A DNA stretch of 64,000 nucleotides, taken from assembly GCA_024404055.1 (NCBI GenBank), contig JAKSQS010000001.1, forward strand, positions 3,404 through 67,403. Reading direction: 5' to 3'. The notes under the pieces are model-generated. The model was not told the origin of the DNA. It did not search any database and saw only the letters and a program-made list of their open reading frames with translations. Source of the stretch: Clostridia bacterium (GTDB taxonomy: Bacteria > Bacillota > Clostridia > Oscillospirales > Acutalibacteraceae). A program made the position numbers and the translations under genes. This document shows, one piece after another, positions 27,784 through 39,450 of this stretch (within the stretch, counting starts at the first letter, position 1; every line of letters begins with the position of its first letter).

Positions 27784-29533
27784 AAATAAAAAAGCTCTCA
27801 CGGCTGTTATTTATTCCGACGCACCGCCGACGGAAAAACAGAAAAACAGCTTTACGGCGTTTCTTTCAAAAAGATACGGCAGAGAGGTTGTTCTGAATTG
27901 GGAAAAAAGTGATAAATACCCCGGTGGTTTTTTGCTTGATGCCGGTGAAGAGGTTTTTGACTGGACACCCGCCGGAAGACTGAGCCAGTTTACATCTGCC
28001 GTAAAAGAGGCGGCAGTCTCCGGCAAGGGTACTATTTCACTTTTAAAGGACACCGTTAAAAACTGGGTTCCGAAGGCGTATGCACAGCAGATAGGCAAGG
28101 TAGTTTCCGTAGGTGACGGAATTGCCGCCGTATCGGGACTTGAAAGCGCGGCATACGGTGAAATTCTGCTTTTTGAGGGCGGCATAAAGGGTATGGTTCA
28201 GAATCTTTCCGAAAAGGAAATCGGCTGTATTCTTTTTGACAGCGACGGAGAGGTATGCGCCGGCAGCAGTGTAAGGCGCAGCGGAAAAACGGCAGGTGTA
28301 CCTGTCGGAGAAGGCTTTATCGGCAGGGTTGTAAACGCCCTCGGAGAGCCTATTGACGGTCTTGGCGAAATCGAAGCGGTTTCATACCGTCCCGTTGAAA
28401 ATCCCGCGCCCGGTATAATTGAAAGAAAAAGCGTTTTCAGACCGCTTGAAACAGGCATCATAGCCATAGACTCCATGTTCCCGATAGGCAGGGGGCAGCG
28501 TGAGCTGATAATCGGTGACAGGCAGACGGGAAAAACCGCCATTGCCCTTGACACGATTATCAATCAGAAGAACAAGGATGTCATATGCATTTATGTTTCC
28601 GTAGGTCAGAAGTCAAGCAGCGTGGCACAGCTTGTTTCCACGCTTAAAAAATACGGTGCCATGGATTACACAGTGGTGCTCCATGCCTCGGCAAGCGACA
28701 GTGCACCCATGCAGTATATAGCCCCCTATGCCGGCTGTGCCCTCGGTGAATATTTCATGGATAAGGGAAGGGATGTTCTGATTATTTATGACGACCTTTC
28801 AAAGCACGCGGTGGCATACAGGGCACTGAGCCTGCTTTTAGGCCGTTCCCCGGGTCGTGAAGCATTTCCGGGCGATGTATTTTATCTTCATTCCCGTCTG
28901 CTTGAACGCTCCGCGCAGTTAAGCGACGCAAACGGCGGCGGCAGCATGACGGCACTGCCCATAGTTGAAACGCAGGGCGGCGACGTTTCGGCATATATCC
29001 CCACAAACATTATATCCATAACAGACGGTCAGATTTTCCTTGAAAGTCAGCTTTTCTATTCGGGTCAGCGTCCGGCGGTAAATGTCGGTCTTTCCGTTTC
29101 CCGTGTGGGCGGAGACGCGCAGACAAAGGCAATGAAAAAAGCCGCCGGAACAATAAGGCTTGACCTTGCACAATACCGTGAGATGGAGGTTTTCACCCAG
29201 TTTTCAAGCGACCTTGACGAAGCAACAAAGAAAAGGCTTGTTTACGGACAGGGACTTATGCGTATGCTGCGCCAGAAGCAGTACAGCCCATACACACAGT
29301 GTGAGCAGGTGCTCCTGCTCGTTTCGGCGCTGTCGCACGCTATGCAGGATATACCTGTTGACGGCGTTGCCGATTTTATTCACGGTCTTCTTGCGGCATT
29401 CAGAAGCGAAAAGCCGTCACTGTGCAAAAGGATAAGCGAAACAGGCAAGCTCACCGATGAAGACAGAAAAGAAGCGGCAGACTTTGCCAAAGGCTTTGCG
29501 GCGGAATACGCTGTTCGGGAGGAGCTGTTGTAA
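27776..29533 (+). CDS. atpA: F1 subunit alpha with an N-terminal delta(OSCP) C-terminal-domain-like extension
   Basis: Alpha core: [15 protein letters not shown], Walker A GDRQTGKT, and so on. About 85 extra N-terminal residues resemble the delta C-terminal domain. The ATG at 27776 overlaps the atpF stop (ATGAGTGA). The track's GTG at 27767 is also possible. Confidence 0.85.
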   Translation: MSENKKALTAVIYSDAPPTEKQKNSFTAFLSKRYGREVVLNWEKSDKYPGGFLLDAGEEVFDWTPAGRLSQFTSAVKEAAVSGKGTISLLKDTVKNWVPKAYAQQIGKVVSVGDGIAAVSGLESAAYGEILLFEGGIKGMVQNLSEKEIGCILFDSDGEVCAGSSVRRSGKTAGVPVGEGFIGRVVNALGEPIDGLGEIEAVSYRPVENPAPGIIERKSVFRPLETGIIAIDSMFPIGRGQRELIIGDRQTGKTAIALDTIINQKNKDVICIYVSVGQKSSSVAQLVSTLKKYGAMDYTVVLHASASDSAPMQYIAPYAGCALGEYFMDKGRDVLIIYDDLSKHAVAYRALSLLLGRSPGREAFPGDVFYLHSRLLERSAQLSDANGGGSMTALPIVETQGGDVSAYIPTNIISITDGQIFLESQLFYSGQRPAVNVGLSVSRVGGDAQTKAMKKAAGTIRLDLAQYREMEVFTQFSSDLDEATKKRLVYGQGLMRMLRQKQYSPYTQCEQVLLLVSALSHAMQDIPVDGVADFIHGLLAAFRSEKPSLCKRISETGKLTDEDRKEAADFAKGFAAEYAVREELL

Positions 29534-30445
29534 TTGCCAAATGCAAAGGAAATAAAGGGTCGAATCAACAGTATAAAAGAAACGCGAAAAATCACAAACG
29601 CCATGTACCTTATTTCTTCAAATAAGCTGCGCAAGGCGGAGGAGGAGCTGAAAAAGACCCGACCGTATTTTAACGCGGTGCAAAAGGAAATAAAAAGGGT
29701 TTTCTGTGTGGATGAAAATATTGAAAACAAATATTTTTATCCGCCTGACGGGAATCCCGATTTGGATGGCGCATACGGTTATCTTGTCATAACTGCGGAC
29801 AAGGGACTTGCCGGTGCTTACAATCAGAATATTCTGAAAGAAACGGTTCGTCTTATGCAAAAGCACAGCGGCTTCAATGACGAGCTGTATGTGGTGGGTG
29901 AATACGGCAGACATTATTTCACCTCCCACGGGATAAATATAGAAAAAAGCTTTCTTTACACCGCGCAGAATCCCACAATGAGACGCGCAAGAGAAATATG
30001 TTATACCCTGCTTGACAGGTATGAACAGGGAAAGCTTGTTAAAATTTATATAATATACACCGATTACAGCGGCTCCATGAGCACGAGGGTATGCTCAACA
30101 AGGCTTCTTCCGTTTCAGCGTGCAAAATTTATTTCCGGCGATGAAGAACAGGAGGAGCTTAACCGGGCGGATTTTGAATTTGAGCCGTCACTCGGCAAGG
30201 TGCTTGACAACATTGTACCGGGATATATCACCGGTTTTATTTACAGTGCCCTTGTTGACAGCTTCTGCTCGGAGCAGAACGCGAGAATGACGGCTATGGA
30301 CAGCGCGAACACAAACGCGGACGAAATTCTTTCTCAGCTTTCCATGCAGTACAACCATGTCCGCCAGGGCGCGATAACACAGGAAATCACAGAGGTATCA
30401 TCGGGTGCGAGAAGTCGCAGAGCAAAAAACGAAAGGGAGGCATAA
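29534..30445 (+). CDS. atpG: F1 subunit gamma
   Basis: N-terminus IKGRINSIKETRKITNAMYLISS and C-terminus ITQEITEVSSGA are typical of gamma. The TTG start directly follows the atpA stop, with GGGAGGAG upstream. Confidence 0.9.
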   Translation: MPNAKEIKGRINSIKETRKITNAMYLISSNKLRKAEEELKKTRPYFNAVQKEIKRVFCVDENIENKYFYPPDGNPDLDGAYGYLVITADKGLAGAYNQNILKETVRLMQKHSGFNDELYVVGEYGRHYFTSHGINIEKSFLYTAQNPTMRRAREICYTLLDRYEQGKLVKIYIIYTDYSGSMSTRVCSTRLLPFQRAKFISGDEEQEELNRADFEFEPSLGKVLDNIVPGYITGFIYSALVDSFCSEQNARMTAMDSANTNADEILSQLSMQYNHVRQGAITQEITEVSSGARSRRAKNEREA

Positions 30446-31851
<1,406 letters not shown>

Positions 31852-31852
<1 letters not shown>

Positions 31853-32262
31853 TGAACACATTTTATCTTGAAATTCTTTCCGCCGAAAGACCGTTTTTTG
31901 AGGGTGAATGTGAATCGCTGACAATTCCCACTCCTGACGGGCTTTACGGAATACTTGCAAATCATGTAAATGCCGTTTACGCTGTATCACCGGGAGAGCT
32001 CACCTACCGTGAGCCGGACGGAGAAAATGTTATCGCATTTTCAAGCTACGGCATTGCAAAGGTTGAAAACAACCGTGTGCTTGTACTTGTCGAAACGGTT
32101 GAATTGCCCGAGGAAATAGACGAAATCCGCGCATTGCAGGCGGCGCACGACGCAAAGGAGGCTTTGCTGCAAAAGCAGAGCATTATCTCCTTTAAGGTTG
32201 CCGAATCCCAGCTTGCAAGGTCGTTAAGCAGAATAAAAGTAAAAAAAGACGGTATGTTGTAA
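31852..32262 (+). CDS. atpC: F1 subunit epsilon
   Basis: About 136 aa with an N-terminal beta-sandwich-type sequence and a C-terminal helical hairpin. The ATG overlaps the atpD stop (TGATG). Confidence 0.85.
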
Positions 32263-32265
32263 AAT

Positions 32266-32931
32266 ATGAATAATACAGTAAGAGATATTTTGAAAAATTC
32301 GCTTCTTGCCGCCTTCGGTCTGTTTTTGTTCGCGTTCGGTGTGTATCTCACAATACAGGCAGACATCGGCGTTGCGCCGTGGGACGCGTTTAATTTGGGA
32401 CTTTCCTCCACATTCGGCATAAAATACGGCACGGCAAGCATTATTGTTTCATTTGTAATCGTTGTTATTGATGTGCTGCTCAAGGAGCAGATAGGAATAG
32501 GGATGTTTCTCGATGCGGTGCTTGTGGGCAAAAGCGTGGATTTTTTCAGTTGGACGGGACTTGTTTCCAAACAGGAAAAGCTTGTTTTCAGTCTGCCGGT
32601 TATGGCGGCGGGAATAATCATCATGGGCTTTTCGCAGTTTCTTTATATGAAGGCTTCTTTGGGCTGCGGACCGAGGGACACACTGCTTGTCGGCTTGAAA
32701 AGAAGGGCAAAAAAAATACCCATAGGGCTTATCAGCGTGTGTATACTTGCCATTGTCACACTTGCCGGCTATCTGCTCGGCGGATCGATAGGCATAGGCA
32801 CGGTTATTTGCGCCTTGCTTACAGGTCCGGTTATGCAGCTTGATTTTAAAATCGTTAAATTTGACCCGACGGTACTCAAACATCAAAATATCATCGAATC
32901 ATTTAAGGTATTTGTTCACAGAACACAATAA
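32266..32931 (+). CDS. membrane protein, YczE/YitT-like
   Basis: 221 aa with about 6 TM helices. Blocks IQADIGVAPWDAFNLGL and LGCGPRDTLLVGL recall the YczE-type family. Confidence 0.45.
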   Translation: MNNTVRDILKNSLLAAFGLFLFAFGVYLTIQADIGVAPWDAFNLGLSSTFGIKYGTASIIVSFVIVVIDVLLKEQIGIGMFLDAVLVGKSVDFFSWTGLVSKQEKLVFSLPVMAAGIIIMGFSQFLYMKASLGCGPRDTLLVGLKRRAKKIPIGLISVCILAIVTLAGYLLGGSIGIGTVICALLTGPVMQLDFKIVKFDPTVLKHQNIIESFKVFVHRTQ

Positions 32932-33980
32932 AAATTGCTTTCCCATGCCGGTATATACGGGTGGTGTCTGTAATAGATTTTATATTCTCCACACAGCTCA
33001 TTTATCTTAATCGGCAGCGCGAATGCATCCTCGTTACGGTGATAGGCGCAGACATACAGCTTCGGCTTATACTTTTTTATTGTCTGTGCCGCGCCGGAAA
33101 GTGCTCTGCTCTCCGCGCCTTCTATATCCATTTTAATAAAAGTAACCTCGCCGTCGATAACATTGTCAACGGAATTAAATAAAACGGGAACACCGTTTTG
33201 CTTTTCGCTCGTGTGAGAATTTCTGCCGGCTTTTTTGCTGAAATACAGCGTTTGCTCACAATCCCATGCGCCGATATTGAAAAGGCTGATATTTTCCATA
33301 TCCTCAGTGTTTTTTTGCAGCTTACGGAAATTTTTTTCATCAGGCTCGAAGGCATATATTTTTCTGTATTTACCGTTTGTAACAGCGGTAAATTCTCTTA
33401 TTGTATCACCGTCATACGCGCCGAGGTCAACAATAATTTCATCTTCCCGAAGCGGAAAAACCGTACTGTAAAGCTGTGCTTTTTCACTTTCACAGTCAAA
33501 CAGATACTTCACCTTTCCGCTGATTTTAAAATTCAGCACCGAAATAAAATCAAAGCGGCTTTTTTCGTCGGCAAGCAAGCCGAAAGCCCTGTCAAACAGT
33601 GCTTCATTTTCTTTTATATAATCAAGGGTAAATAATCCCTTTCCGGCAACGGGTACAGTGGGTGACAGCAGCTCATGCTGTTCACTCATTTGTTTTACTC
33701 TTTCCATAGTATCCTTGTCGTGAACGGCAAAGGTCATTAAAATCAAAAAATCATCGTATTTTTCGCATATGTCGGCATATTTCAGCACGCGAAAGCCGTG
33801 AAAGCTGTGACCTCTGACAAAATTATCGGAAGCGAAAACATCACTCACCGTCACGCCGATGCCGTCAAGAACATCGAATACCATATCCGCGCCGTTTCCC
33901 ATGCCGTAAAGCACCACGGGCTTACCGCAGCTTTTCGCTCTGTCCCATACCGAAACGGTTTCCGTCAATTTTTCAAGCAT
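32916..33980 (-). CDS. FkbM-family SAM-dependent methyltransferase with an N-terminal Rossmann-like domain
   Basis: The C-terminal half has VDLGAYDGDT (SAM-binding Gly-rich block) and the FkbM hallmark FIKMDIEGAESRAL. The start lies 1 nt after the upstream stop. Confidence 0.7.
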   Translation of the reverse strand: MLEKLTETVSVWDRAKSCGKPVVLYGMGNGADMVFDVLDGIGVTVSDVFASDNFVRGHSFHGFRVLKYADICEKYDDFLILMTFAVHDKDTMERVKQMSEQHELLSPTVPVAGKGLFTLDYIKENEALFDRAFGLLADEKSRFDFISVLNFKISGKVKYLFDCESEKAQLYSTVFPLREDEIIVDLGAYDGDTIREFTAVTNGKYRKIYAFEPDEKNFRKLQKNTEDMENISLFNIGAWDCEQTLYFSKKAGRNSHTSEKQNGVPVLFNSVDNVIDGEVTFIKMDIEGAESRALSGAAQTIKKYKPKLYVCAYHRNEDAFALPIKINELCGEYKIYYRHHPYIPAWESNFYCVL

Positions 33981-33981
33981 T

Positions 33982-35697
33982 TTACACCATCCCCGTGTTT
34001 TTTATACTCACATACAATGACATATTCTGTACGCAAAAGGTATATTCGTCTGCTGCAAAGCCGCCTGTCAGGAAAAAGATTTTCTCTTTGTGACAAGGGC
34101 TGTCCGAAAACAACTGTGCCGTGTTTTCGATAATCGGCAGAATAAATTTCACTCCGTCCGCTTTTTTATTCAATTTCACATTTATCTTAATGCCGTCTGG
34201 AGAAAAAATATATTCGGCTTTTACAATCGGTGCGTCCTGCTCACTTTCAAAATCCGCAAGAAGGACAAGGCGTGAGCAAGCAGTTACACAAATAGCGTCC
34301 CCTGTCTTTTCAGCTTTTATCGTCGCGCCCATGTCAAAACATGAGGCGTATTTTTTTCCGTTTTTTTCATATTCAACCCTCGGAATAAGGGATGAATGCC
34401 GCGTTTCTCCTTCATAATTCTGCATATTCAGCGGCTCTGTCCGCCTGTAATCATACACACTGCCGGCAATAACCGCGCCCATATCCGCGTGATAAAGCAT
34501 TGACAGACTGCCGCCGGAGGCGTGACTTGCGCCTTTTATATAATTTCCCGGTGTAAAATCATACCCTGTCACCGTGGCATACCAGTCTGCGCAGCGGATT
34601 TTATAGGTATCAAGCTCCGGAAAATATTTTATATATGTCCCCTGTCCTTCACATGGCAAAGCATATTTTCCGTTATATTTGCCTATTCCTTCGATGACAG
34701 CATCCGTCAGTGAACAGGCATGACAAAAGGTATGATGAACACATGGCTTCTGCCCGTTTACGGCGTAATATCTGCCGCCTTGCAGTGCCCCGTCCACAGT
34801 GCATTTTTCAAGCAGTGTAAAGTTTCTTTTTGCTGCTTCATAAAAAACCGGGTCAAGCCCTCCGAGCTGCGTAAACACTCCGGTGCATCCGTCTGCCGTT
34901 CGGCTGCCGTAATATGTCCACTTGTTGTTTCTTGCGCCAAAGGAGTTATCCCACGCGCCGTCAGGCATCATAAATTCAAGCAGTATTTTTGCGTATTTAC
35001 AAAGCTTTTCAAGTGCAGCGAAATCACCGAGAATATCTGCCGCGGCAATAAGGCAGGGCAGGGATTCCTCAGCATTATAGCCTATATCAATGGCAGCGCA
35101 GCCCTTCGCAGTTGTAATATCATGCGGCTGACCTTCCCCGCGAAGAAGTCCGTTTTGAGTGAAATTCTCCATGCAGTAAGACAGCAGCACCCTTGAAAGG
35201 CGTGTATATTCTTCATTTCCCTTATAGCTGCCGTACATAGCGTCTGCGCAAGCCGCCGCAGCGTAATAATTTATATACGAGTGAAATCCCGGTCTGATAT
35301 TTTCAAATACCCACTGTGAGGATGAATCAAGGCAGACCTCAAGATTACGCCTGAAGTCTGCCGGAATAATATTTCTGAAATAATGCAGCGTTTTATACAG
35401 GTTGATAACGGAAAAAACGGTTATTCCCTTCCATTCGCTCCCGAAATCGTTTTTCACGGCTCCGTCCGGGCAGGTCAGCTTTTCTCTGAATCTCATAACC
35501 CTTTCAGCCGCTTTGAGAAAATGTGCGTCCCCCGTCTTTGCATATGCAAAGGTCAGCGGATAAACCGCATTATCTGCCCTGCCGTGAGAAACACCGCAGC
35601 TTTCACAGCGGAATCCGCCATCCTCATTCTGCATTTTTACAAGATATTCGCACCATGAAAGAAGAAGCTTTTCGTATCTGTCCATATTACTGCTCAA
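33982..35697 (-). CDS. hypothetical 571-aa protein, possibly helical toroid plus beta-sandwich (polysaccharide-lyase/heparinase II-III-like architecture)
   Basis: Cytoplasmic, with no signal peptide. The N-terminal ~330 aa are helix-rich with W/Y/G repeats (NEDGGFRC.., MMPDGAWDNSFG). The C-terminal ~200 aa look like beta-strands and include a GASHASGGSLSMLYHADMG block. Family assignment is uncertain. Confidence 0.35.
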   Translation of the reverse strand: MSSNMDRYEKLLLSWCEYLVKMQNEDGGFRCESCGVSHGRADNAVYPLTFAYAKTGDAHFLKAAERVMRFREKLTCPDGAVKNDFGSEWKGITVFSVINLYKTLHYFRNIIPADFRRNLEVCLDSSSQWVFENIRPGFHSYINYYAAAACADAMYGSYKGNEEYTRLSRVLLSYCMENFTQNGLLRGEGQPHDITTAKGCAAIDIGYNAEESLPCLIAAADILGDFAALEKLCKYAKILLEFMMPDGAWDNSFGARNNKWTYYGSRTADGCTGVFTQLGGLDPVFYEAAKRNFTLLEKCTVDGALQGGRYYAVNGQKPCVHHTFCHACSLTDAVIEGIGKYNGKYALPCEGQGTYIKYFPELDTYKIRCADWYATVTGYDFTPGNYIKGASHASGGSLSMLYHADMGAVIAGSVYDYRRTEPLNMQNYEGETRHSSLIPRVEYEKNGKKYASCFDMGATIKAEKTGDAICVTACSRLVLLADFESEQDAPIVKAEYIFSPDGIKINVKLNKKADGVKFILPIIENTAQLFSDSPCHKEKIFFLTGGFAADEYTFCVQNMSLYVSIKNTGMV

Positions 35698-37177
35698 CTG
35701 TCAGCTCTTCTCTCGCCTGTCTCATCTGCGCAAGCTCCGAAAGGATAACCTCTTTCTTCTTGCCTGTGTAATTGTCAAACAGATATGAGCCGGAGGCAAG
35801 GAAGTTGCCCACAACACCGCAAAGGGTGAACATCAGGAAAATACCCTTGAGCGCACTTTCTGACTGTACAACTGTTTCGCCGGAATTTGCGGAGCTCTTG
35901 TATCCTATTTTCTGGAACATAATGTTATAGAAATTCGTGCGGATAATGTTGAAAACATTGCCGAAAATGCTCTGTGCCGCGCTTACAAGACCCTCACTGC
36001 GTATGGGAGTACCGTATTTCTTTTCCGAATACCACTCCATGTAGTCCGTCGCATCGCCCACAATAATTTTTTTGGATGCGGCAATGGCATTGTTGGGCAT
36101 ACCGGCAAGACCTATCATTATGCCGATAACATATCTGTATTTGCGTATTTTGTTCAGGTCAAATTTAATGGCAAAGGATGCCATGAGCGCATAGAATAAG
36201 CCGGTGTAGCCGAAGCCGCCGCTTAAAATTGTTCTTGCTGAAAAACGCTTGCCTAAAAACGGAACCGCCGCAAGTCCGGCATAGGAGAGTGCGCCGCTTA
36301 TCGCATCGATAACAGCCTTCATGCCGTATTTGCCGAAAACATCCTCATACATATAATTGAGCAGCTTATATGAAAGCTGTCTGACCTGCTCGAAGAAGGT
36401 GGCAACCTCCATAATGATGAACGAGCGGCAGTGCAGCAGCGTCATTACGGTTCTCTTATCCCAAACGATTTTTGTTTTTTCGGGTCTTTCAACCACGCGC
36501 AGCTTTTCTTCAAGCGTGAAATACGGTGCGAACATAGCGGCAAGACCAAGCACACAGAAAATAAGGGCACAGAAGAAATACAGCCATTTCTGTGTATTCG
36601 GGTCGTCGGTTCTGCCCACGATAATGGGAATAACCCAGCCCGGGAGCATAGAGCCCAAAGACGAGGCAAGGGTGGCAACCGTATAGAAATTCTTTCTGTC
36701 GTTGGCGTTGTTTGTCATTCGCAGAGAAAGCGTATTCAGCGAAAGGTCGTAAAACGCGTCAACGGTGTTAAAAATAAATCTGAAAACAAGCAGCCACGCA
36801 AAGTTCAGCTTAACGCTTGCCGAGGGAACCAGAAACAGCAGCATGGAGGTTACGGCAAACGGTATAGGCATGGTGCCAGTCAAAATCTTCGTGGGTGTTT
36901 TTTTGCCGGCAGCAACGGGCGTATCGAGAATTGAGCCTGCCACAGGGGGCGCAATAAAGCCCAAAGCCATCAGTATATTTTCGATAATGGTTATAAGATA
37001 GTAGTCACTCTCGCGGAACATGAACTTTCTTACAAACTTATCGTCAAATGTGCCGATGCTGTCCTGCCCCATGGAATTGCCGAATATGCCGCCCGCGTAA
37101 CCGAGCTGTTCCTTGAGCGTAAAGGACGGGTTGTTTACAACCTTGTTTTTAAAGTCGCTGATCTTTTCTTTAAGCAT
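35687..37177 (-). CDS. MFS transporter of the glycoside-pentoside-hexuronide (GPH/MelB-like) type
   Basis: 496 aa with about 12 TM helices. N-terminal block LKEQLGYAGGIFGNSMGQDS typical of GPH symporters. Overlaps the downstream gene by 11 nt. Confidence 0.6.
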   Translation of the reverse strand: MLKEKISDFKNKVVNNPSFTLKEQLGYAGGIFGNSMGQDSIGTFDDKFVRKFMFRESDYYLITIIENILMALGFIAPPVAGSILDTPVAAGKKTPTKILTGTMPIPFAVTSMLLFLVPSASVKLNFAWLLVFRFIFNTVDAFYDLSLNTLSLRMTNNANDRKNFYTVATLASSLGSMLPGWVIPIIVGRTDDPNTQKWLYFFCALIFCVLGLAAMFAPYFTLEEKLRVVERPEKTKIVWDKRTVMTLLHCRSFIIMEVATFFEQVRQLSYKLLNYMYEDVFGKYGMKAVIDAISGALSYAGLAAVPFLGKRFSARTILSGGFGYTGLFYALMASFAIKFDLNKIRKYRYVIGIMIGLAGMPNNAIAASKKIIVGDATDYMEWYSEKKYGTPIRSEGLVSAAQSIFGNVFNIIRTNFYNIMFQKIGYKSSANSGETVVQSESALKGIFLMFTLCGVVGNFLASGSYLFDNYTGKKKEVILSELAQMRQAREELTVEQ

Positions 37178-37205
37178 AAAAACATCCTCTCATTCTTATG
37201 AAATA

Positions 37206-39437
37206 TCAGTATTTTACTTTTCTGCCGCCGGAAAACGCCGAATATATCTTTTTACCGTTCACGGTTTTATAAGCTCTTACATTAAAATAGAACGCCGTAC
37301 CCTTTTTCAGTCCGCTTTCAGTTAGCGTGAGCTTTGCCGTGTCGACATATTTTTTATAGCTGCCGCCGCTTTTCTTAAAATATACTTCATATCCCGTCGC
37401 GCCGCTCACCTTTTTCCATTTCACCACAGCCTTGCTGCCGGAGCGTTTTGCCGTTACCGATGGAGCGGCAGGCTTTGTTGCCGTCAGCAGAATGTCGGAA
37501 CGCTCGCCGTATTCGCCGCCATATGCTTTAACATAGAATTTACATCCCGTTGCCGGTTTTATACCTTTGACCGTATAAGAGCAGGTTTTAACATATTTCA
37601 GCTTTTTATACAGCTTTTGAGAATAATAATATCTGTAAACGGCATATCCGGACGCGCCCTTAACCTCTTTCCATTTCAAGGTTACAGCAGATGTGGTCTG
37701 ACTTGCCTTGAGTGAAGTTACCTTACCCGGAATAATTTTAAAATAAAGCACCTTTTTGCCGCTGTATCCGTTTTTCTCTATACCGCTGACAGTTATTTTG
37801 GCTTTGCCCATATCTATATTTTCCGAATAAACCACGCTGTAATGCACATTCTTTTTAAGCGTTGTTTTACCGTTTTTCACAGTAAACGACGGCGTTTTCG
37901 CCTTGCCGGTATATACAACATTTTTTATCTCGGAAAAGCTACATTTTGAAATATTTGTAACCGGCTTTTTATCCGTCGCTCTTTCCTGCGTAAATCCGCA
38001 CGCGGTACAGGATTTTGCCTGTATGCCGTTTGCCGTATATGTTGCCTCTTTAACCGTATACCAGCCTGAATATGTATGCTGCTTTTTCGTGCCTGCGACT
38101 TCAATTGTGTCTGTTGCCCCGCAGTTTTCGCACTTCGCCGTTTTTGTTCCGTCAGATGTACAGGTTGCATTTTTGTCATAAACATAAGTAAGAAAGCTGT
38201 GTCCGTCTGCCGGAATCACATCACCCTGCACTTTAACAGCCTGACAAACCGGGCAAACCATATCGCCGGTATATCCGTCCTGCATACACGACGGGGGCTT
38301 CTCTCCCGAAAGCACGGGTGCATCTTCATGTATACATACAGTAGTTTTGCACACATCACACACACCGTCACCGTTTTCATCCTTATGTCCCGCGGCAGGT
38401 ATTATTTGCTGTGGCGTAATAACCGTGCCGCAAACGGAGCAATGACTGCCGGCAGTAAGTCCGGTATGTATACAGGTTGCCGCCTTTTCTATGTCCTGCA
38501 CAGGCGTATGAGAAAGCTTTTTCGTCGTTTTCGCGGTTCTGCTGATTTCTTTTTTGCAAACGGAGCAATAAACAACGCTGTCATATGAGCCGGCTGCGGC
38601 ACAGGTGGCTTTTTTCTCGTTTTCCTTCACCGCAGCTGACGGAGTGTGTGAAAGCTTTTTTATCGCGTACGGAAATTCTTCCCTGCAAAAGCATATTTTC
38701 TTTCCGCTGCCTTCCGCTGCACAGGTTGCCTGTTTAATGACAATATCATCCGTATAATAATGGATGTGTTTTTTATTGTACGCCGGAACGCCGTAGCCCT
38801 TTATCTCGCTGTCATCAAGGCGTATTGTGCGCCTTTTCACCATATCACTGTAATTGCCTTCTATGGTGTGAGCATATCCGTCTTTAACATACTCCACAAT
38901 GCCTACATGGTCACCGTATTCGCTTGCCGGCTCTTTACTGCAATACCCGTATGAATCGGTAGCCGGACCGAAATCATATACAATCACATCACCCGGTAAA
39001 GGTACATAATCTATTTCCTTTGTTCGCTGTGCGTCTCTGCCGCGATATTCAATTTTCAAATCGTCTGCCGTTGCCCATGTTGTAAAAGCAATTTCCTCTT
39101 TGGATATTCCCGCCTGTCTTGCGCACCACACAACAAACATCGAACACCACGCACAGCCGTTTTCATCAAAATATTCACCGTATTTTGTCAGATTGTTTCC
39201 GCTTTCCTTATACCCTACCTGCGTTTTCGCAACCTCAATTATATCATACGCCTTGTTTCCTGTGTTTTTATGGGTGTTTTCATATGTCGCAGCACCAAAA
39301 AAGCCTTTAGCATCATTTTTTAATATAAATGAGCCCTCGTCCGCCCCGGCAAAAGCGTAAAGAGAAACCGATAAAGCAAGTGCCGCAGTGAAAAAAATAA
39401 AAAGAAGCAATTCAGATAATCTGTTTTTATTCTTCAT
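37206..39437 (-). CDS. secreted CHAP-domain cell-wall hydrolase with six Cys3-His modules, an Ig-like domain and two FN3-like domains
   Basis: The start is trimmed to MKNKNRLSELLLFIFFTAALALSVSLYAFA (signal peptide) at 39437. CHAP motifs NGCAWCSMFVVWCARQAG and GDHVGIVEY..HTIEGN. Repeated ATCxxxG-x5-CxxC..H modules. FN3-like LKWKEVKGASGYAVYRYY and VKWKKVSGATGYEVYFKK. Confidence 0.8.
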   Translation of the reverse strand: MKNKNRLSELLLFIFFTAALALSVSLYAFAGADEGSFILKNDAKGFFGAATYENTHKNTGNKAYDIIEVAKTQVGYKESGNNLTKYGEYFDENGCAWCSMFVVWCARQAGISKEEIAFTTWATADDLKIEYRGRDAQRTKEIDYVPLPGDVIVYDFGPATDSYGYCSKEPASEYGDHVGIVEYVKDGYAHTIEGNYSDMVKRRTIRLDDSEIKGYGVPAYNKKHIHYYTDDIVIKQATCAAEGSGKKICFCREEFPYAIKKLSHTPSAAVKENEKKATCAAAGSYDSVVYCSVCKKEISRTAKTTKKLSHTPVQDIEKAATCIHTGLTAGSHCSVCGTVITPQQIIPAAGHKDENGDGVCDVCKTTVCIHEDAPVLSGEKPPSCMQDGYTGDMVCPVCQAVKVQGDVIPADGHSFLTYVYDKNATCTSDGTKTAKCENCGATDTIEVAGTKKQHTYSGWYTVKEATYTANGIQAKSCTACGFTQERATDKKPVTNISKCSFSEIKNVVYTGKAKTPSFTVKNGKTTLKKNVHYSVVYSENIDMGKAKITVSGIEKNGYSGKKVLYFKIIPGKVTSLKASQTTSAVTLKWKEVKGASGYAVYRYYYSQKLYKKLKYVKTCSYTVKGIKPATGCKFYVKAYGGEYGERSDILLTATKPAAPSVTAKRSGSKAVVKWKKVSGATGYEVYFKKSGGSYKKYVDTAKLTLTESGLKKGTAFYFNVRAYKTVNGKKIYSAFSGGRKVKY

Positions 39438-39450
39438 ATTGTACACCTTG

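Noticed and set aside
32916-32931. 16-nt convergent overlap of the YczE-like and FkbM genes without a terminator
   Set aside because: It is real in the sequence. It is most simply explained by compact gene packing, and I see no structure suggesting antisense regulation.
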